This document shows, in pieces, positions 12,350 to 25,418 of a stretch of 64,000 nucleotides of DNA; the first letter of the stretch is position 1, and each line of letters opens with the position of its first letter. The position numbers and the translations under genes are program-made. The notes beneath the pieces are model-generated. The model searched no databases, was not told the origin of the DNA, and worked only from the letters and a program-made list of their open reading frames with translations. The stretch comes from Amoebophrya sp. A120. Lineage: Eukaryota; Protista; Dinoflagellata. The stretch covers positions 2,647,151-2,711,150 of the forward strand of contig CAJINV010000007.1 of the NCBI GenBank assembly GCA_905178155.1, given 5' to 3'.

Positions 12350-14146
12350 TCACCTGAATTGCGAGGAGTTTGCTCGCACGGCTGCGTGCTGCGGGAAGAG
12401 CTCCATTTCCTGCGCACGGTTCCGCGGGGAGCGCGACTTCCTGCCAGCCGATGACGCGCGCCCTGGCTCGTACCGCTGTGAAGCACGGCGGCTGCCTTCC
12501 TGCGCCGGGTAGTAGTCGTAGTGGTCCATGACTCCGCCGGTTTGCTGGAACGCTGGGGAGGTGCCGAACCCCGGTTGGTTGTTTCCGGTTGCCGGGAAAT
12601 CGTAGGCATCTTCTTGCGTCGGTCCCCAGTCGGGCGGGTGAAACGCAGCCACGACGGCAACTACGGTGCCCAGGATCATGAATGTGCAGGCCAGGCACTG
12701 AAAAATGTACCCGGCATCGGGCTCCGCACCGTTGACGCTGGTGATGTGGGTGCACTTGTAACCGCCTGCGGGGCAGTTTTTTCCCCAGGTCCACGTGGTG
12801 GAGGCCGTCGTGTACTCCTCCGTGCCCATGCCCAGCTCGGTGCACCACGCGGCGTTCAAGTTTTTGTCGCACTTGGTCGTGGTTTCCTTGATGTGGTACT
12901 TGAACGCCAGCTCCACCTTGTCCCAGCACCGCTGCCACGAGCCGAGACTGGCGACCGCGCAGGCGAAGCCCCCCAGCAGCAAGACGGTCAGCACCGCCAC
13001 CGCGATCTTGCTGCGGTGCGAGTTCGGCGTCTCGACGTCGTCCTTCGGGTGGTAGTTTTTCCACATCGCAAGCGCGATGAACGCGGTGCACAAAATGTCG
13101 AACGTATGCAAATTGGAAAATTTTTTGTTGTTCCGCTCACATTTTATACAACAACCTCGACCCCCGGGAGCTCCAATGACGCGAATGCATCGACGAGAGA
13201 CGCCACCCTAGGCCTAGCAGTGTTCCGACCTCGCGGTCTCGTCACTCAGAGAAATGCGAATAGGTGATAGATATTGTGATATGCAATCACGGTGAACATC
13301 AAGAAAATTTCTCCTTGCATAAAACACGAATCCGGCGAAGAACAAACCGGTAGCGGTGGCGCAAACCTCGTCCCCATCGTTCTGCTTGGTGCCGATTTGC
13401 TTTTCGAACCAGTAGCTGTCCAGGTGCTCGGCCACGTACTGGGCCCCGGCCGAGTCGATTCCGTAGAGCTCAGACACGCGGGTTTCGTAGAAGTTTCGCT
13501 GCTGCATAAAGTCCAACTGCGACCCGTACTCCGCATCGGAATCGCTGTTCTCAACACTGCCTCCCAGCACCACGCGGCCGTAGCTCAGCGGATAGCTGTA
13601 CTCCTTGCTCGCATACGTCGCTCCCGTCCACCAGGTCTATGCAACGGAAATCTTTTTTATCGCCATCTATCTGAGCGCCATCAAAAGGTTATTCTAGTTG
13701 TACATCTATGCTGATGTAATGCGTAAAGTACTAGAGAGAGTGCGCTGGTGGTGCAAGGGAGAAAAGGTAATGCAGGCTGCAAGTTCTTTCGATGCCGGCC
13801 AAGATGGTGATACCTCTAGTCTCAGTCTTTCACAATCGGATAGCGTTTCAGTCACATTCAAGTGGCCTTGCCAACACAGAATGGAGATGAAGTGGCAAAA
13901 GGAGGCGATGGAGAGCAGGGTTAGCGCAATTCCGTTGTATCCGCGGCAAGTGAAGCAAACGAAGGACCGCGGTAGGTAGCTGTCAACTTCCTCATCCGCT
14001 GCACCAAGCGTGGAAACCGTCTTAGCGGAGCTCCTGCTCCTGCGTCCTGGCGGGGCCGCGTGTACACCTTCGATGGCAGGCGCAGATTCGTCGTGAGCCA
14101 CCTGCTGCATGACGTCAGCAACTTGTTCTTCAGTTGTAGCTTCCAT
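12350..14146 (-). CDS. Hypothetical multi-pass membrane protein, multi-exon
   Basis: Hydrophobic segments (GIALTLLSIASFCHFISILCW; IAVAVLTVLLLGGFACAVASL; IFQCLACTFMILGTVVAVVAAF) and a Cys-rich loop across ORFs 13706-14161, 13214-13573 and 12350-13111. Confidence 0.55.
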
Positions 14147-15577
14147 GCTTTTTCGCGCCACGAGCAGGGGTAAGGAGAATCACAAAAGAACAAAAGGCAC
14201 TGACAACGAGTGGTTTTGTTGCAGGAAAATTAAGAGAATCGTGTTGGTTTATTGTACAAAAAACAAAAAGCCTGAGGGTTCCTCTACTTCTTGTTTAGCT
14301 TCTATTTGAAAGAGAGGACCTGAATAAAGCAGAGAAACTGGTGGTGAATAAAGTCGCTTAAGTTAATATTTGAACTTGGCCGTAAATGATTTGCGCGCAA
14401 ATAAATGCCGGTGAAGTATGGACGAACAGGAAGATCAGGAGTGAACGAACCGATGTTGGCATCTGATATCTTCAACTTGAAAGCGACTAAAAGATTTCTT
14501 TATGCAACTCTCGAACCGATGCCACACTTCTTCGGAGACAGAAACTCCAAACCGAAGGATGTGTCCTGCCTCGCCGCATTTTATCCGCTAAAGAAGTCCG
14601 TCACAGAAGTCGCGAACGAAAAGGAAAACGTAAATCAGATGCACGACATTCACGTTCACGTTTACCGACATCAATCTCCACAGTTGTAAAACTGTATTCT
14701 TTGAGTTGCACGGCAATTGAAACCGACCTTCTTCCTCAGCTGTGAGTGTTAAGCCGACCAGCCACCTGTTTTTACCGATAGCAAAGAAAAACTAAGCTAA
14801 CCACTATGTATTTATTACAGTGAAGATTATGTAGCGTGGATGTGGCTTCGCAAGTTGGCGCTGGAAATTGGTACTCCAGCCAGCCGCAGCGTCCTCACGC
14901 AATCACATCGACATTGGTGGTCAACTACTTCCAAGTACGATTACAACTAATCTGCGTCTCGTTCTGGCTCTCGCGTACACGCAAAAAGTACAAGTCGCGG
15001 TCGCGTCTTTTTGGCGCATTATTTTCCTTACAGTAGTGCTTTACAAGATATCTTGTTGCACGACGTCAATTTTGTACATTCGTTTTTTTCTTCGGTTGTT
15101 AGTTGATCGATGACACTCGGTCTACTCGACCTGAGTCGCGTATCTACATCTAGTGTTTGTGATTCGTACAGTTGTTGAAATTCAAACTTATCTTTGCTAC
15201 ATCAAATTATACATTCAGTGCTATACATAGTATTTCTTTTCAGTATAATGTCCTCTTTCTTGAAAAGCGCTGCTGCTCGGTGCGCTTCTCGACTTTTGAA
15301 TACAAGATGGCGAAATCACGTTCTCACGATGGAAGATTTGTTCTTATTGTGTTTGATTATACTCATCTTTTATTTCGCTATCGCTGCAACACACCAGTAT
15401 AAGTCGTGTTGTTGCGTTTTCATTCATTTTCAACGAAGACGAGCGCATGATCTTCTGCGCCCGCCCCTGTGCATATTATCGGAAATAGTATCATGTTTCC
15501 ACTCTGAATCTGAAACCACATTCCAAAACGCTAGAGGACATACCTTCGAGATGAAGAATAAGAACTCTGCTCCACTT

Positions 15578-17491
15578 CTACACTTCGGTCCTCGGCACCG
15601 CTGCTGTGGTTGTGGTCTCTTCTTCCGACGTGTTCGCCTGTCCTCTGCCACTGCTCCCAACACTCTGCTTACTGCCACTGGAGCCCGGCACCACCGACGA
15701 CCTGCTACTTTCCGACAGATCCACCCGTGGGATACTAGCCGCGCCCTTGCTAGGCTCCGGCGTGTAGATAGCGTAGCTTTCCGGACGATTGGAAAAGGTA
15801 GTTGCGTTGATGTTGCTACCAACGGCAGACGAAGTGCCGCGGATTGTTTTCGCTCCGGGCACGACTGTTGGCACTTGGTCTGCTTCTGGTACGAGAAGGT
15901 TGACTGTTTTTGGCGCGCCGGAGGATGTGGAGCTGAACGCTGGAGTTCCAGCTCCTGCACCGGTAGTAGAAGAAGTAATTGGATTCACACCTTTCGGGGA
16001 GGAAGTAGCCGAGTTATTCGTGATGGCTTTTGCGAACGCGGAAGACCGACGGCGGTTGTTGTCACGCTACGAGGGCGCCACCACTTTATTTGCCGCACTC
16101 GTTTCCACCACGGCCTCCATCTTCAAGGCCGGATTTCTTGTGGAAGATGAAGATGAAGCACCTCCGGGCTTCATCACGACAGACGGAATAACAGCCGCTG
16201 ACTGACTGCCGCCAAAGTCCACAACAGGGACTGGCAGCGGTGGATCGAGAGGATCTTTCTCTTGTCTACTTTGTTCCGGTGGACCACTAACTGCTGGGAC
16301 GCCCCGTATGGGCTTTGTCGGGTCCACAAGTTGATCATCTCCTGCGCCATTTCCTGTTGTATCAAAGCCGTATGAAGAAGAAGTACTAGCAGCCGGCTGG
16401 TTCACTGCTCCTAACATCCCCCCTGGTTGTAACTGTAAGGCGCTGCTGGTCCTACTTCCGCCCACGGAACTGCGTCTTGCCCGTGCTTTCTCCCGGGACA
16501 CTGTGCTCATTGCCGGCGTCGGGATGGAGGGTAACTTCCCGCCGTTCAAGCTGTTTGCCGAGAGGGGCAGCACCAGCGGGCGGCTGCGGCCGCTGCCCCT
16601 GGTTTGGATGGGCGGCAAGGGTGGCGTGTTGTCACCACCAGCTGCAGACCCATGATTGTACAAGCTGAACAGGGAAAACTGCTGGTCGTTGTTCCTGATG
16701 TTGCCAAAGAACGGGTTGGAATTGCTTTGCCTGTTCGTAGTTCCTGGGACCACTCCTGCTGCAATCGACGTACTGTCCTCGTGTTGGTACAGTTTGCTCG
16801 CACGACCCGCACCGTTGTTCAAAAATTGCGTCAACCACATGGCTATATGAGAGACACTGATGGTCGACGGAGTGTAGATCAAATACGGACTACAGTTCGC
16901 TACTTGCGAGGAGCCGTACTTCTTGTTCTGCTCGACGTCCCCACCGAATGTAACAGCTGAATCTTCATTCTGCATCGAACTACCCGGAGGTGGTTGCACG
17001 AGTCGAAAAATGCGGTCAATGTCGCGCAAATTCGTCAGGTTGCACTTCGTCAAGACGGGCTGCAGCGCCAACCCGAGCTCCTCCACCTGCACCCGGGTGG
17101 CAGAAGAGGAGAAATTCAGTTCCTGAACCTGGAAAAAACTCTCACTACTGCTATTTTTCGTGAATAAAACTTCTTCCTGCAGGTAATGCTGCATCAAAAA
17201 CGCGTCGTCTCGGTTCCTCGTGGTTTTTGCCTTTGACATCTTCTGCTTCTGTCCACCCACCTGGGACGACGACGAGGGCGAGGATTTTAATATCGGTATG
17301 TAGCAATCCGGGAAAAATTCGTCGACTTCTAGACACAGGAAGAGCAACACATCGGTTAGCAACAGCTCCACCGTGACCTGCACTTCTGTGGACAATCTAC
17401 TACTCTTCCGCGCGGTGCCATCTTCCTCGTCCGCGGAAGATGGCAGCAGCTGTCTTTTCTCTGCAAAAATGGCACTGTATTCCCGCAGTTT
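15578..17491 (-). pseudogene. Duplicate 3' part of MLO-like gene 1 with an in-frame stop (likely assembly artefact)
   Basis: Same sequence as 19264-21177, but ORF 16067-17497 ends at a TAG where the other copy reads TTG. There are no upstream exons. Confidence 0.55.
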
Positions 17492-17759
17492 TATCAAATG
17501 TAAAAGTGTCTGGGTCTAGAAGAGTCATGCTGTTTTTGCATGACGCAGAAGGTCTGGTCTGGCATGGAAGCTCTAGCATGACAGGTTTCGAGAAGCTTCC
17601 GCAAACGCAATGCCGAATCCGCATGACAAATTCCCCATTTTGGTGACAGAAAGTGGGCAGCTTTAGCTTTTGCTACCTATGCATGAGAGACTTTTCTGTG
17701 TTCTGAAATGCGCATCACAAGTTGCATTCTTCCAGACCCAGACATATTAGCATTTGATA
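17492..17759. mobile_element. Family-1 introner (copy within the duplicated segment), direct repeat AGTTT
   Basis: TATCAAATGTAAAAGTGTCTGGGTCT...AGACCCAGACATATTAGCATTTGATA, with AGTTT at 17487-17491 and 17760-17764. Confidence 0.85.
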
Positions 17760-18495
17760 AGTTTCTTAGGGAGGAAAACCGGAGCCGCCGACTAGGATCC
17801 GAAAATTTTTTTTGCACGAGCACGCAAATAGTTGTTTTTGGTCGGTCATAGCTCTTTCCTTTTTTTCCCCTTCATTCATCGTCTTTACATCCAATCTTCG
17901 CCATCATCGTCCTGCGATGTTGGCGGCCCTTGTTTGAAAGTGCCAGCAAACATGTCCTGCCCATCAATGTCCATCATGTCTTGCCTCTCTTGGCAAGAGT
18001 GGGCCTTTCTCTGGTTGCCCCCCACCATCCGACGGAAGCGGGTGGTCGGAAGCGGGCCCGGTCGGAAGAGCTCGGGAGACTTGCGCTGGGGCGGGGGACG
18101 GCCTGGTCCGGGCCGGGGCCAGATCCGGGCCAAATTTCCACGCCGTCCCCCGCCTACAGTCCAACAAAATCCCTTTCAAATCTGGCCCAAATCCGGGAGG
18201 GCCGGAAATTCCCGGAAATTTCCCCGGTTTGGCCCAGGATTTGCCCCCTTCCGGGGGGCCGATTGGCGCGAAATCCCCGGCAAATCCGCTCCAAATTTTG
18301 TAGTCGTCCCCCGCCTACATTCCAACAAAATCCTTGTCAAATCTGGCCGAAATCTGGCGAAAATTCCTGCTTCTCCGATTTTCGCTGCTTCTCCGATTCT
18401 CCTCCCGCCGCTTCTCCGATTTTCGCTGCGCCGTCGGGTTGTCGCGAAACTCCTTTTCGAGTGTGATGCTGTCCTCCCAGAGCGGGTCATCGAGN

Positions 18496-21400
18496 ATTTA
18501 TTACAGTGAAGATTATGTAGCGTGGATGTGGCTTCGCAAGTTGGCGCTGGAAATTGGTACTCCAGCCAGCCGCAGCGTCCTCACGCAATCACATCGACAT
18601 TGGTGGTCAACTACTTCCAAGTACGATTACAACTAATCTGCGTCTCGTTCTGGCTCTCGCGTACACGCAAAAAGTACAAGTCGCGGTCGCGTCTTTTTGG
18701 CGCATTATTTTCCTTACAGTAGTGCTTTACAAGATATCTTGTTGCACGACGTCAATTTTGTACATTCGTTTTTTTCTTCGGTTGTTAGTTGATCGATGAC
18801 ACTCGGTCTACTCGACCTGAGTCGCGTATCTACATCTAGTGTTTGTGATTCGTACAGTTGTTGAAATTCAAACTTATCTTTGCTACATCAAATTATACAT
18901 TCAGTGCTATACATAGTATTTCTTTTCAGTATAATGTCCTCTTTCTTGAAAAGCGCTGCTGCTCGGTGCGCTTCTCGACTTTTGAATACAAGATGGCGAA
19001 ATCACGTTCTCACGATGGAAGATTTGTTCTTATTGTGTTTGATTATACTCATCTTTTATTTCGCTATCGCTGCAACACACCAGTATAAGTCGTGTTGTTG
19101 CGTTTTCATTCATTTTCAACGAAGACGAGCGCATGATCTTCTGCGCCCGCCCCTGTGCATATTATCGGAAATAGTATCATGTTTCCACTCTGAATCTGAA
19201 ACCACATTCCAAAACGCTAGAGGACATACCTTCGAGATGAAGAATAAGAACTCTGCTCCACTTCTACACTTCGGTCCTCGGCACCGCTGCTGTGGTTGTG
19301 GTCTCTTCTTCCGACGTGTTCGCCTGTCCTCTGCCACTGCTCCCAACACTCTGCTTACTGCCACTGGAGCCCGGCACCACCGACGACCTGCTACTTTCCG
19401 ACAGATCCACCCGTGGGATACTAGCCGCGCCCTTGCTAGGCTCCGGCGTGTAGATAGCGTAGCTTTCCGGACGATTGGAAAAGGTAGTTGCGTTGATGTT
19501 GCTACCAACGGCAGACGAAGTGCCGCGGATTGTTTTCGCTCCGGGCACGACTGTTGGCACTTGGTCTGCTTCTGGTACGAGAAGGTTGACTGTTTTTGGC
19601 GCGCCGGAGGATGTGGAGCTGAACGCTGGAGTTCCAGCTCCTGCACCGGTAGTAGAAGAAGTAATTGGATTCACACCTTTCGGGGAGGAAGTAGCCGAGT
19701 TATTCGTGATGGCTTTTGCGAACGCGGAAGACCGACGGCGGTTGTTGTCACGCAACGAGGGCGCCACCACTTTATTTGCCGCACTCGTTTCCACCACGGC
19801 CTCCATCTTCAAGGCCGGATTTCTTGTGGAAGATGAAGATGAAGCACCTCCGGGCTTCATCACGACAGACGGAATAACAGCCGCTGACTGACTGCCGCCA
19901 AAGTCCACAACAGGGACTGGCAGCGGTGGATCGAGAGGATCTTTCTCTTGTCTACTTTGTTCCGGTGGACCACTAACTGCTGGGACGCCCCGTATGGGCT
20001 TTGTCGGGTCCACAAGTTGATCATCTCCTGCGCCATTTCCTGTTGTATCAAAGCCGTATGAAGAAGAAGTACTAGCAGCCGGCTGGTTCACTGCTCCTAA
20101 CATCCCCCCTGGTTGTAACTGTAAGGCGCTGCTGGTCCTACTTCCGCCCACGGAACTGCGTCTTGCCCGTGCTTTCTCCCGGGACACTGTGCTCATTGCC
20201 GGCGTCGGGATGGAGGGTAACTTCCCGCCGTTCAAGCTGTTTGCCGAGAGGGGCAGCACCAGCGGGCGGCTGCGGCCGCTGCCCCTGGTTTGGATGGGCG
20301 GCAAGGGTGGCGTGTTGTCACCACCAGCTGCAGACCCATGATTGTACAAGCTGAACAGGGAAAACTGCTGGTCGTTGTTCCTGATGTTGCCAAAGAACGG
20401 GTTGGAATTGCTTTGCCTGTTCGTAGTTCCTGGGACCACTCCTGCTGCAATCGACGTACTGTCCTCGTGTTGGTACAGTTTGCTCGCACGACCCGCACCG
20501 TTGTTCAAAAATTGCGTCAACCACATGGCTAAATGAGAGACACTGATGGTCGACGGAGTGTAGATCAAATACGGACTACAGTTCGCTACTTGCGAGGAGC
20601 CGTACTTCTTGTTCTGCTCGACGTCCCCACCGAATGTAACAGCTGAATCTTCATTCTGCATCGAACTACCCGGAGGTGGTTGCACGAGTCGAAAAATGCG
20701 GTCAATGTCGCGCAAATTCGTCAGGTTGCACTTCGTCAAGACGGGCTGCAGCGCCAACCCGAGCTCCTCCACCTGCACCCGGGTGGCAGAAGAGGAGAAA
20801 TTCAGTTCCTGAACCTGGAAAAAACTCTCACTACTGCTATTTTTCGTGAATAAAACTTCTTCCTGCAGGTAATGCTGCATCAAAAACGCGTCGTCTCGGT
20901 TCCTCGTGGTTTTTGCCTTTGACATCTTCTGCTTCTGTCCACCCACCTGGGACGACGACGAGGGCGAGGATTTTAATATCGGTATGTAGCAATCCGGGAA
21001 AAATTCGTCGACTTCTAGACACAGGAAGAGCAACACATCGGTTAGCAACAGCTCCACCGTGACCTGCACTTCTGTGGACAATCTACTACTCTTCCGCGCG
21101 GTGCCATCTTCCTCGTCCGCGGAAGATGGCAGCAGCTGTCTTTTCTCTGCAAAAATGGCACTGTATTCCCGCAGTTTTATCAAATGTAAAAGTGTCTGGG
21201 TCTAGAAGAGTCATGCTGTTTTTGCATGACGCAGAAGGTCTGGCATGGAAGCTCTAGCATGACAGGTTTCGAGAAGCTTCCGCAAACGCAATGCCGAATC
21301 CGCATGACAAATTCCCCATTTTGGTGACAGAAAGTGGGCAGCTTTAGCTTTTGCTACCTATGCATGAGAGACTTTTCTGTGTTCTGAAATGCGCATCACA

Positions 21401-22040
21401 AGTTGCATTCTTCCAGACCCAGACATATTAGCATTTGATAAGTTTCTTAGGGAGGAAAACCGGAGCCGCCGACTAGGATCCGAAAATTTTTTTTGCACGA
21501 GCACGCAAATAGTTGTTTTTGGTCGGTCATAGCTCTTTCCTTTTTTTCCCCTTCATTCATCGTCTTTACATCCAATCTTCGCCATCATCGTCCTGCGATG
21601 TTGGCGGCCCTTGTTTGAAAGTGCCAGCAAACATGTCCTGCCCATCAATGTCCATCATGTCTTGCCTCTCTTGGCAAGAGTGGGCCTTTCTCTGGTTGCC
21701 CCCCACCATCCGACGGAAGCGGGCCCGGTCGGAAGAGCTCGGGAGACTTGCGCTGGGGCGGGGGACGGCCTGGTCCGGGCCGGGGCCAGATCCGGGCCAA
21801 ATTTCCACGCCGTCCCCCGCCTACAGTCCAACAAAATAAATCCCTTTCAAATCTGGCCCAAATCCGGGAGGGCCGGAAATTCCCGGAAATTTCCCCGGTT
21901 TGGCCCAGGATTTGCCCCCTTCCGGGGGGCCGATTGGCGCGAAATCCCCGGCAAATCCGCTTCAAATTTTGTAGTCGTCCCCCGCCTACATTCCAACAAA
22001 ATCCTTGTCAAATCTGGCCGAAATCTGGCGAAAATTCCTG
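18496..22040. repeat. Copy 2 of the ~3.55-kb duplication
   Basis: Starts immediately after the N and is contiguous with the intact gene and the complete 1.09-kb element. Confidence 0.95.
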
Positions 22041-25000
22041 GAAAATATCTGGCCCAAAAAACATCCCGGATTTGTCCCGGATCCGGGGAAATCTCGGGAG
22101 GGGCCCAAACCTTCGGACGGCAGCATGGGCCCGGGTAGAGGCGGCCGGCAAAAGCCCTGCGGGGGCGGGGCGCGCGCGGGGCGGCGCGCTTGGCCGGCAG
22201 CCGGTGGCGCAAACGGTGGGGCGGGGTCCGCGGCCGAGGCGGCCACCACTATGAGGCAGCTCAGCCAGGTGGCGCAAGTGCTTGCGCTACTTGCGGGCGC
22301 CCAGTTTTTACTGATGCTTTGGGTGTTGTCTGAAGGGGCCCCCTGCCATCGCAACAATTTAGGGCAATGACTGCGCCTCTTGGCGGGAATTCGCACAGTC
22401 GCTGTACTTTCTGAATGCGAAGCGATGACTTGAGCCGCCCCAGGGTTCATACCGACCAAACGCAACTATTTGTGTGCTCGTGCAAAAAAAATTTTCGGAT
22501 CCTAGTCGGCGGCTCCGGTTTTCCTCCCTAAGATTCTCCGCCAATTCATTTGCCAATTGTTCGTCCGCGGTGACCAAACCGCCACCGAGCATCAAAAACG
22601 CGGGCGCGTAGTCGTTTTCGTCCACTTCCTGAAATGCGCTGGCGATCGTCTCGGCGGTTTGCCCGTCGATTGCGATCTCGATTTTCTGCTCCTGCTCGGC
22701 CCGCCAGTCCTCATACTCGTCGAGCTCCATGTTGCGAAGCGCACGGAGACGCGCCTGGGTGCGCAGTTCGCCGGCCAAAGGCTTGTACAGGGAAACCTGA
22801 TGATTATTTTTCTGACCGTGATCCTTCACAATTTTATCGATGGTTGATTCTTTGGGCAACAATATTTTTTGGAGAGATCAACTACAAACAAAGCTGCTAT
22901 CTTTCTTTACTTCTATGAAACGCATAATATGGCAACTTCTCATTACCAGCCGCCCCTTTTCTTCGAGCGCGACTGCGTCTATCGCCTCCTCGTCTAACAG
23001 TTCTCCCGTTCCGGTTGCGATCGTCCACAGCGGTAGGATCAGTGGCCACAGCATCAGCAAACTGACAAGGACGAGAAATAGTTGGCACAGCACGTGAAAA
23101 CTAGCGGAGGGGAACGTGTACCACGGGGCAGCGGCGTAGTCCTTCTCGTGATCATCCACCGCTCCGCCGGCTGCAGTGTTGTCGAAAAACAAGGCGAGGG
23201 TTAAGCAGATCGCGTAAAACACGATCTGGAACCAGAACGCCAACTGCAGCGGCTGCAGAATGTTCAGGGGTCCCTGCCGGGAGAACCAAAACAGGCTCTC
23301 GTGTTTTGAGGGATGGATGGTGCCATGAAAATACTTCGCCAAGCCGCACATCGCCGTCTTCCGGATCTTTTTAAAGGGCCTGGTGAGGTACTTCGGCTGT
23401 TGTGCTTGGTTGTTCCAATAGAACTCATCAAAATCTTTATTCCTGTTCTTATTCCCCTGTGGGGGGAGGTTCGTCGGCAAAAGCCACCGGTTAACTTTCC
23501 GGAGGTGTCGGTAAACGCCGAACAGCGTGAGTACGATGAGAAACTGGCCGAGGGTGGTAATGTCGAGGAGGAGAACCCTGCCGCTCACGTAAGTTTTTGC
23601 ACTGTTGTTGTTTCCGCTGCCGGCGATAACGGCTGTGGCACCCCCCGCAATCATGGCTACTACCTTCTGCCACAGCTCGGCCAAAAGCGTGAAGAGGATC
23701 CCGTACAGGAGCAGTAAGAAAGGCGGAATGTGGATCAAATCGATCAGCAAATTTTGCATCAAATGCCGGCGCAGGTACTTGTGAAAGGGAAACACCTCGG
23801 GGTGGGGCCGCAGGTTCAGATGTTGTGACGCTGATGGAGACGCTGTACTTGAATTTGTCCCGCCACCAGCACCAGTTTCACCTCCTTGTTTGTCACCCCT
23901 GTCCGCGAGCACTAGTTCCTGGGAATACGGGTAGAAGAATTCCCGTCTCGTGCAGTGATACTCCAGAACTCTCTTGACAGACACGTAGTCCTTCACAGGG
24001 GTAGCTTTTCCCATTTTTTCGTCGAAGAGATGGGGGACCCAGGTCTGTTCCACCAACCGCCACTCGCAGTTTTGCCTCGTGGCGAGAAGCAAGACCGCAA
24101 ACACCATGAAGAAGTAAAAGCCATGGAAGGCGGTCGCGAAGAAAATGATCGTGCGGGTGACATCAGGCACAGACGCCTCGTTTGTCGTTGAGTCAACTGC
24201 CACCCGTTCTCCCGAAGTGGCACTCGTGAGAAAATTTCTAGACTTGAAATGTGAAAACGCGTGACTGTCGCTGTTCAGAATGATCAGAGTTGCAAACACC
24301 AAAATCGTGAACGGAAAGATCGCGGAGCAGCTGGCGCGCAAAACGTCGAGCAGCGCTGCGTGGCCGGAGCTCTTCAACTTTTCGGAAATCTTCATCTGCA
24401 GCTCTCGGAGCACAACGAAGAGAATCACGACGCAGAAAATCAGGAGAGCAAGTTTCTCACCACGAATGAAGTTGTTGTGAATGTTGCTGGTGGTGTCAGC
24501 CGCGGCCTGGGGCTTTCCGGAAGCGCCTGGTTTGTTTCTCTCGTCGTCGCCAGCTTCCTTGCTTTCGTCATCTGCATTCGTCTTCGATGCTTCTCGTTGT
24601 GCTGACTCAGGGGCTTGATCCTTTTCTGCTGATTGTGGTGCGTTTTTTCTATCTTTTTCTGTATCCTTTTCGTCGCCAACCATGTCAACATCACCTTGGC
24701 TTGGGGGTCTCTCCGTGCTCGATTTCTTCTCCGACATGGTCGTCTTCGTCTCGACCGTCAGCGCCAAGAAGCTGCTTGAGAAGCTCGTCGTTTGACTCTC
24801 CGCGGCACCCTCCTCTACTGCGTCCGTCATGCTGCCACTCTCGTCAATCGCGGCCTTGAGCCGCGAACTTTCCGACGCAGTCGCGGCTGCCGGCACTGGC
24901 GCTGCAGCAGCTGCACCTCCACCGGGTTTCGGCTTTCGAAAACTGGTCTTCTTGAAACCGCTCGTCATGCTCTTCCGGGTTGCACTAGAGGGGTGCAGGG

Positions 25001-25418
25001 ACAGAACCGCGGCCAGGGGGTGTGACGAAGAAGACGGCTCTGATGTGGATGAGTCCGGTGCAGGCTGCGAATCTTTCTCCGCTGCTGCGCTCGCCACTGA
25101 ATTGGTCGTGCCGCTGCGGAGATTTGTCTTTGTAGAAAGTGCTGCCATACGCTCCTTTCCGGAGTGCTGCTCGTGTTCTCGCCATTTGAACGTAAACGCT
25201 GCTCCAGAAACACCCTTCGCATTTTCGATCCTGTCCACGACAAGTTTTGAAACGACCACGACCCAGAGGAGAACCACCGTCGCCACGACGGTTGGCGTGA
25301 AAAACGTTTTCTTCAGCTTCTGGATGCCGACAGAGAGCTTGGTGGGAACTGCTGGGGTGGGGCTGCTCATGGTCGTGGAGTCGTCTTCGTTCTGGCCCTC
25401 TGGTCTTTGAGCTAGCAT
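19264..25418 (-). CDS. MLO-like multi-pass membrane protein 1 with long low-complexity N- and C-terminal extensions
   Basis: MLO-type motifs FPFHKYLRRHL and KHESLFWFSRQGP, and a final TM followed by IATGTGE. Exon 22947-25418 is joined by a GT-AG intron (22797-22946; GRL|VSLYKP) to ~22536-22796. That joins across 21178-22535 to 19264-21177 (ELAE|KLREYSAIF). Confidence 0.7.
21178..21440. mobile_element. Family-1 introner (263 bp), direct repeat AGTTT
   Basis: Family-1 TIRs, with AGTTT at 21173-21177 and 21441-21445. It interrupts the MLO-like 1 coding sequence. Confidence 0.9.
21445..22533. mobile_element. 1.09-kb non-autonomous TIR element inside MLO-like gene 1
   Basis: 83-bp TIRs (21445-21527 / 22451-22533, 3 mismatches) starting TCTTAGGGAGGAAAACCGGAGCC. 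The interior is GC-rich with internal repeats (GTCCCCCGCCTACA.TCCAACAAAAT twice; AAATCTGGC runs). A truncated copy lies at 17764-18369. Confidence 0.9.

Larger units (their letters stand above)
14810..18369. repeat. Copy 1 of a ~3.55-kb direct duplication (copy 2 = 18496-22040)
   Basis: Near-identical at an offset of 3686, separated by an N at 18495. Differences include a stop-creating substitution near 16068, a substitution near 16846 and small indels. Confidence 0.95.

Noticed and set aside
15194-16150. 318-aa plus-strand ORF (and its copy at 18880-19836)
   Set aside because: It is antisense to the MLO-like 1 terminal exon and has no protein-like features.
17635-17643. CCATTTTGG matching the core of the dinoflagellate spliced leader
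   Set aside because: Only 9 nt, inside an introner, and not conserved in the 33895 copy (CCACTTTGG).
21447-21452. TTAGGG telomere-like hexamer at the TIR end
   Set aside because: A single copy per TIR with no tandem array.
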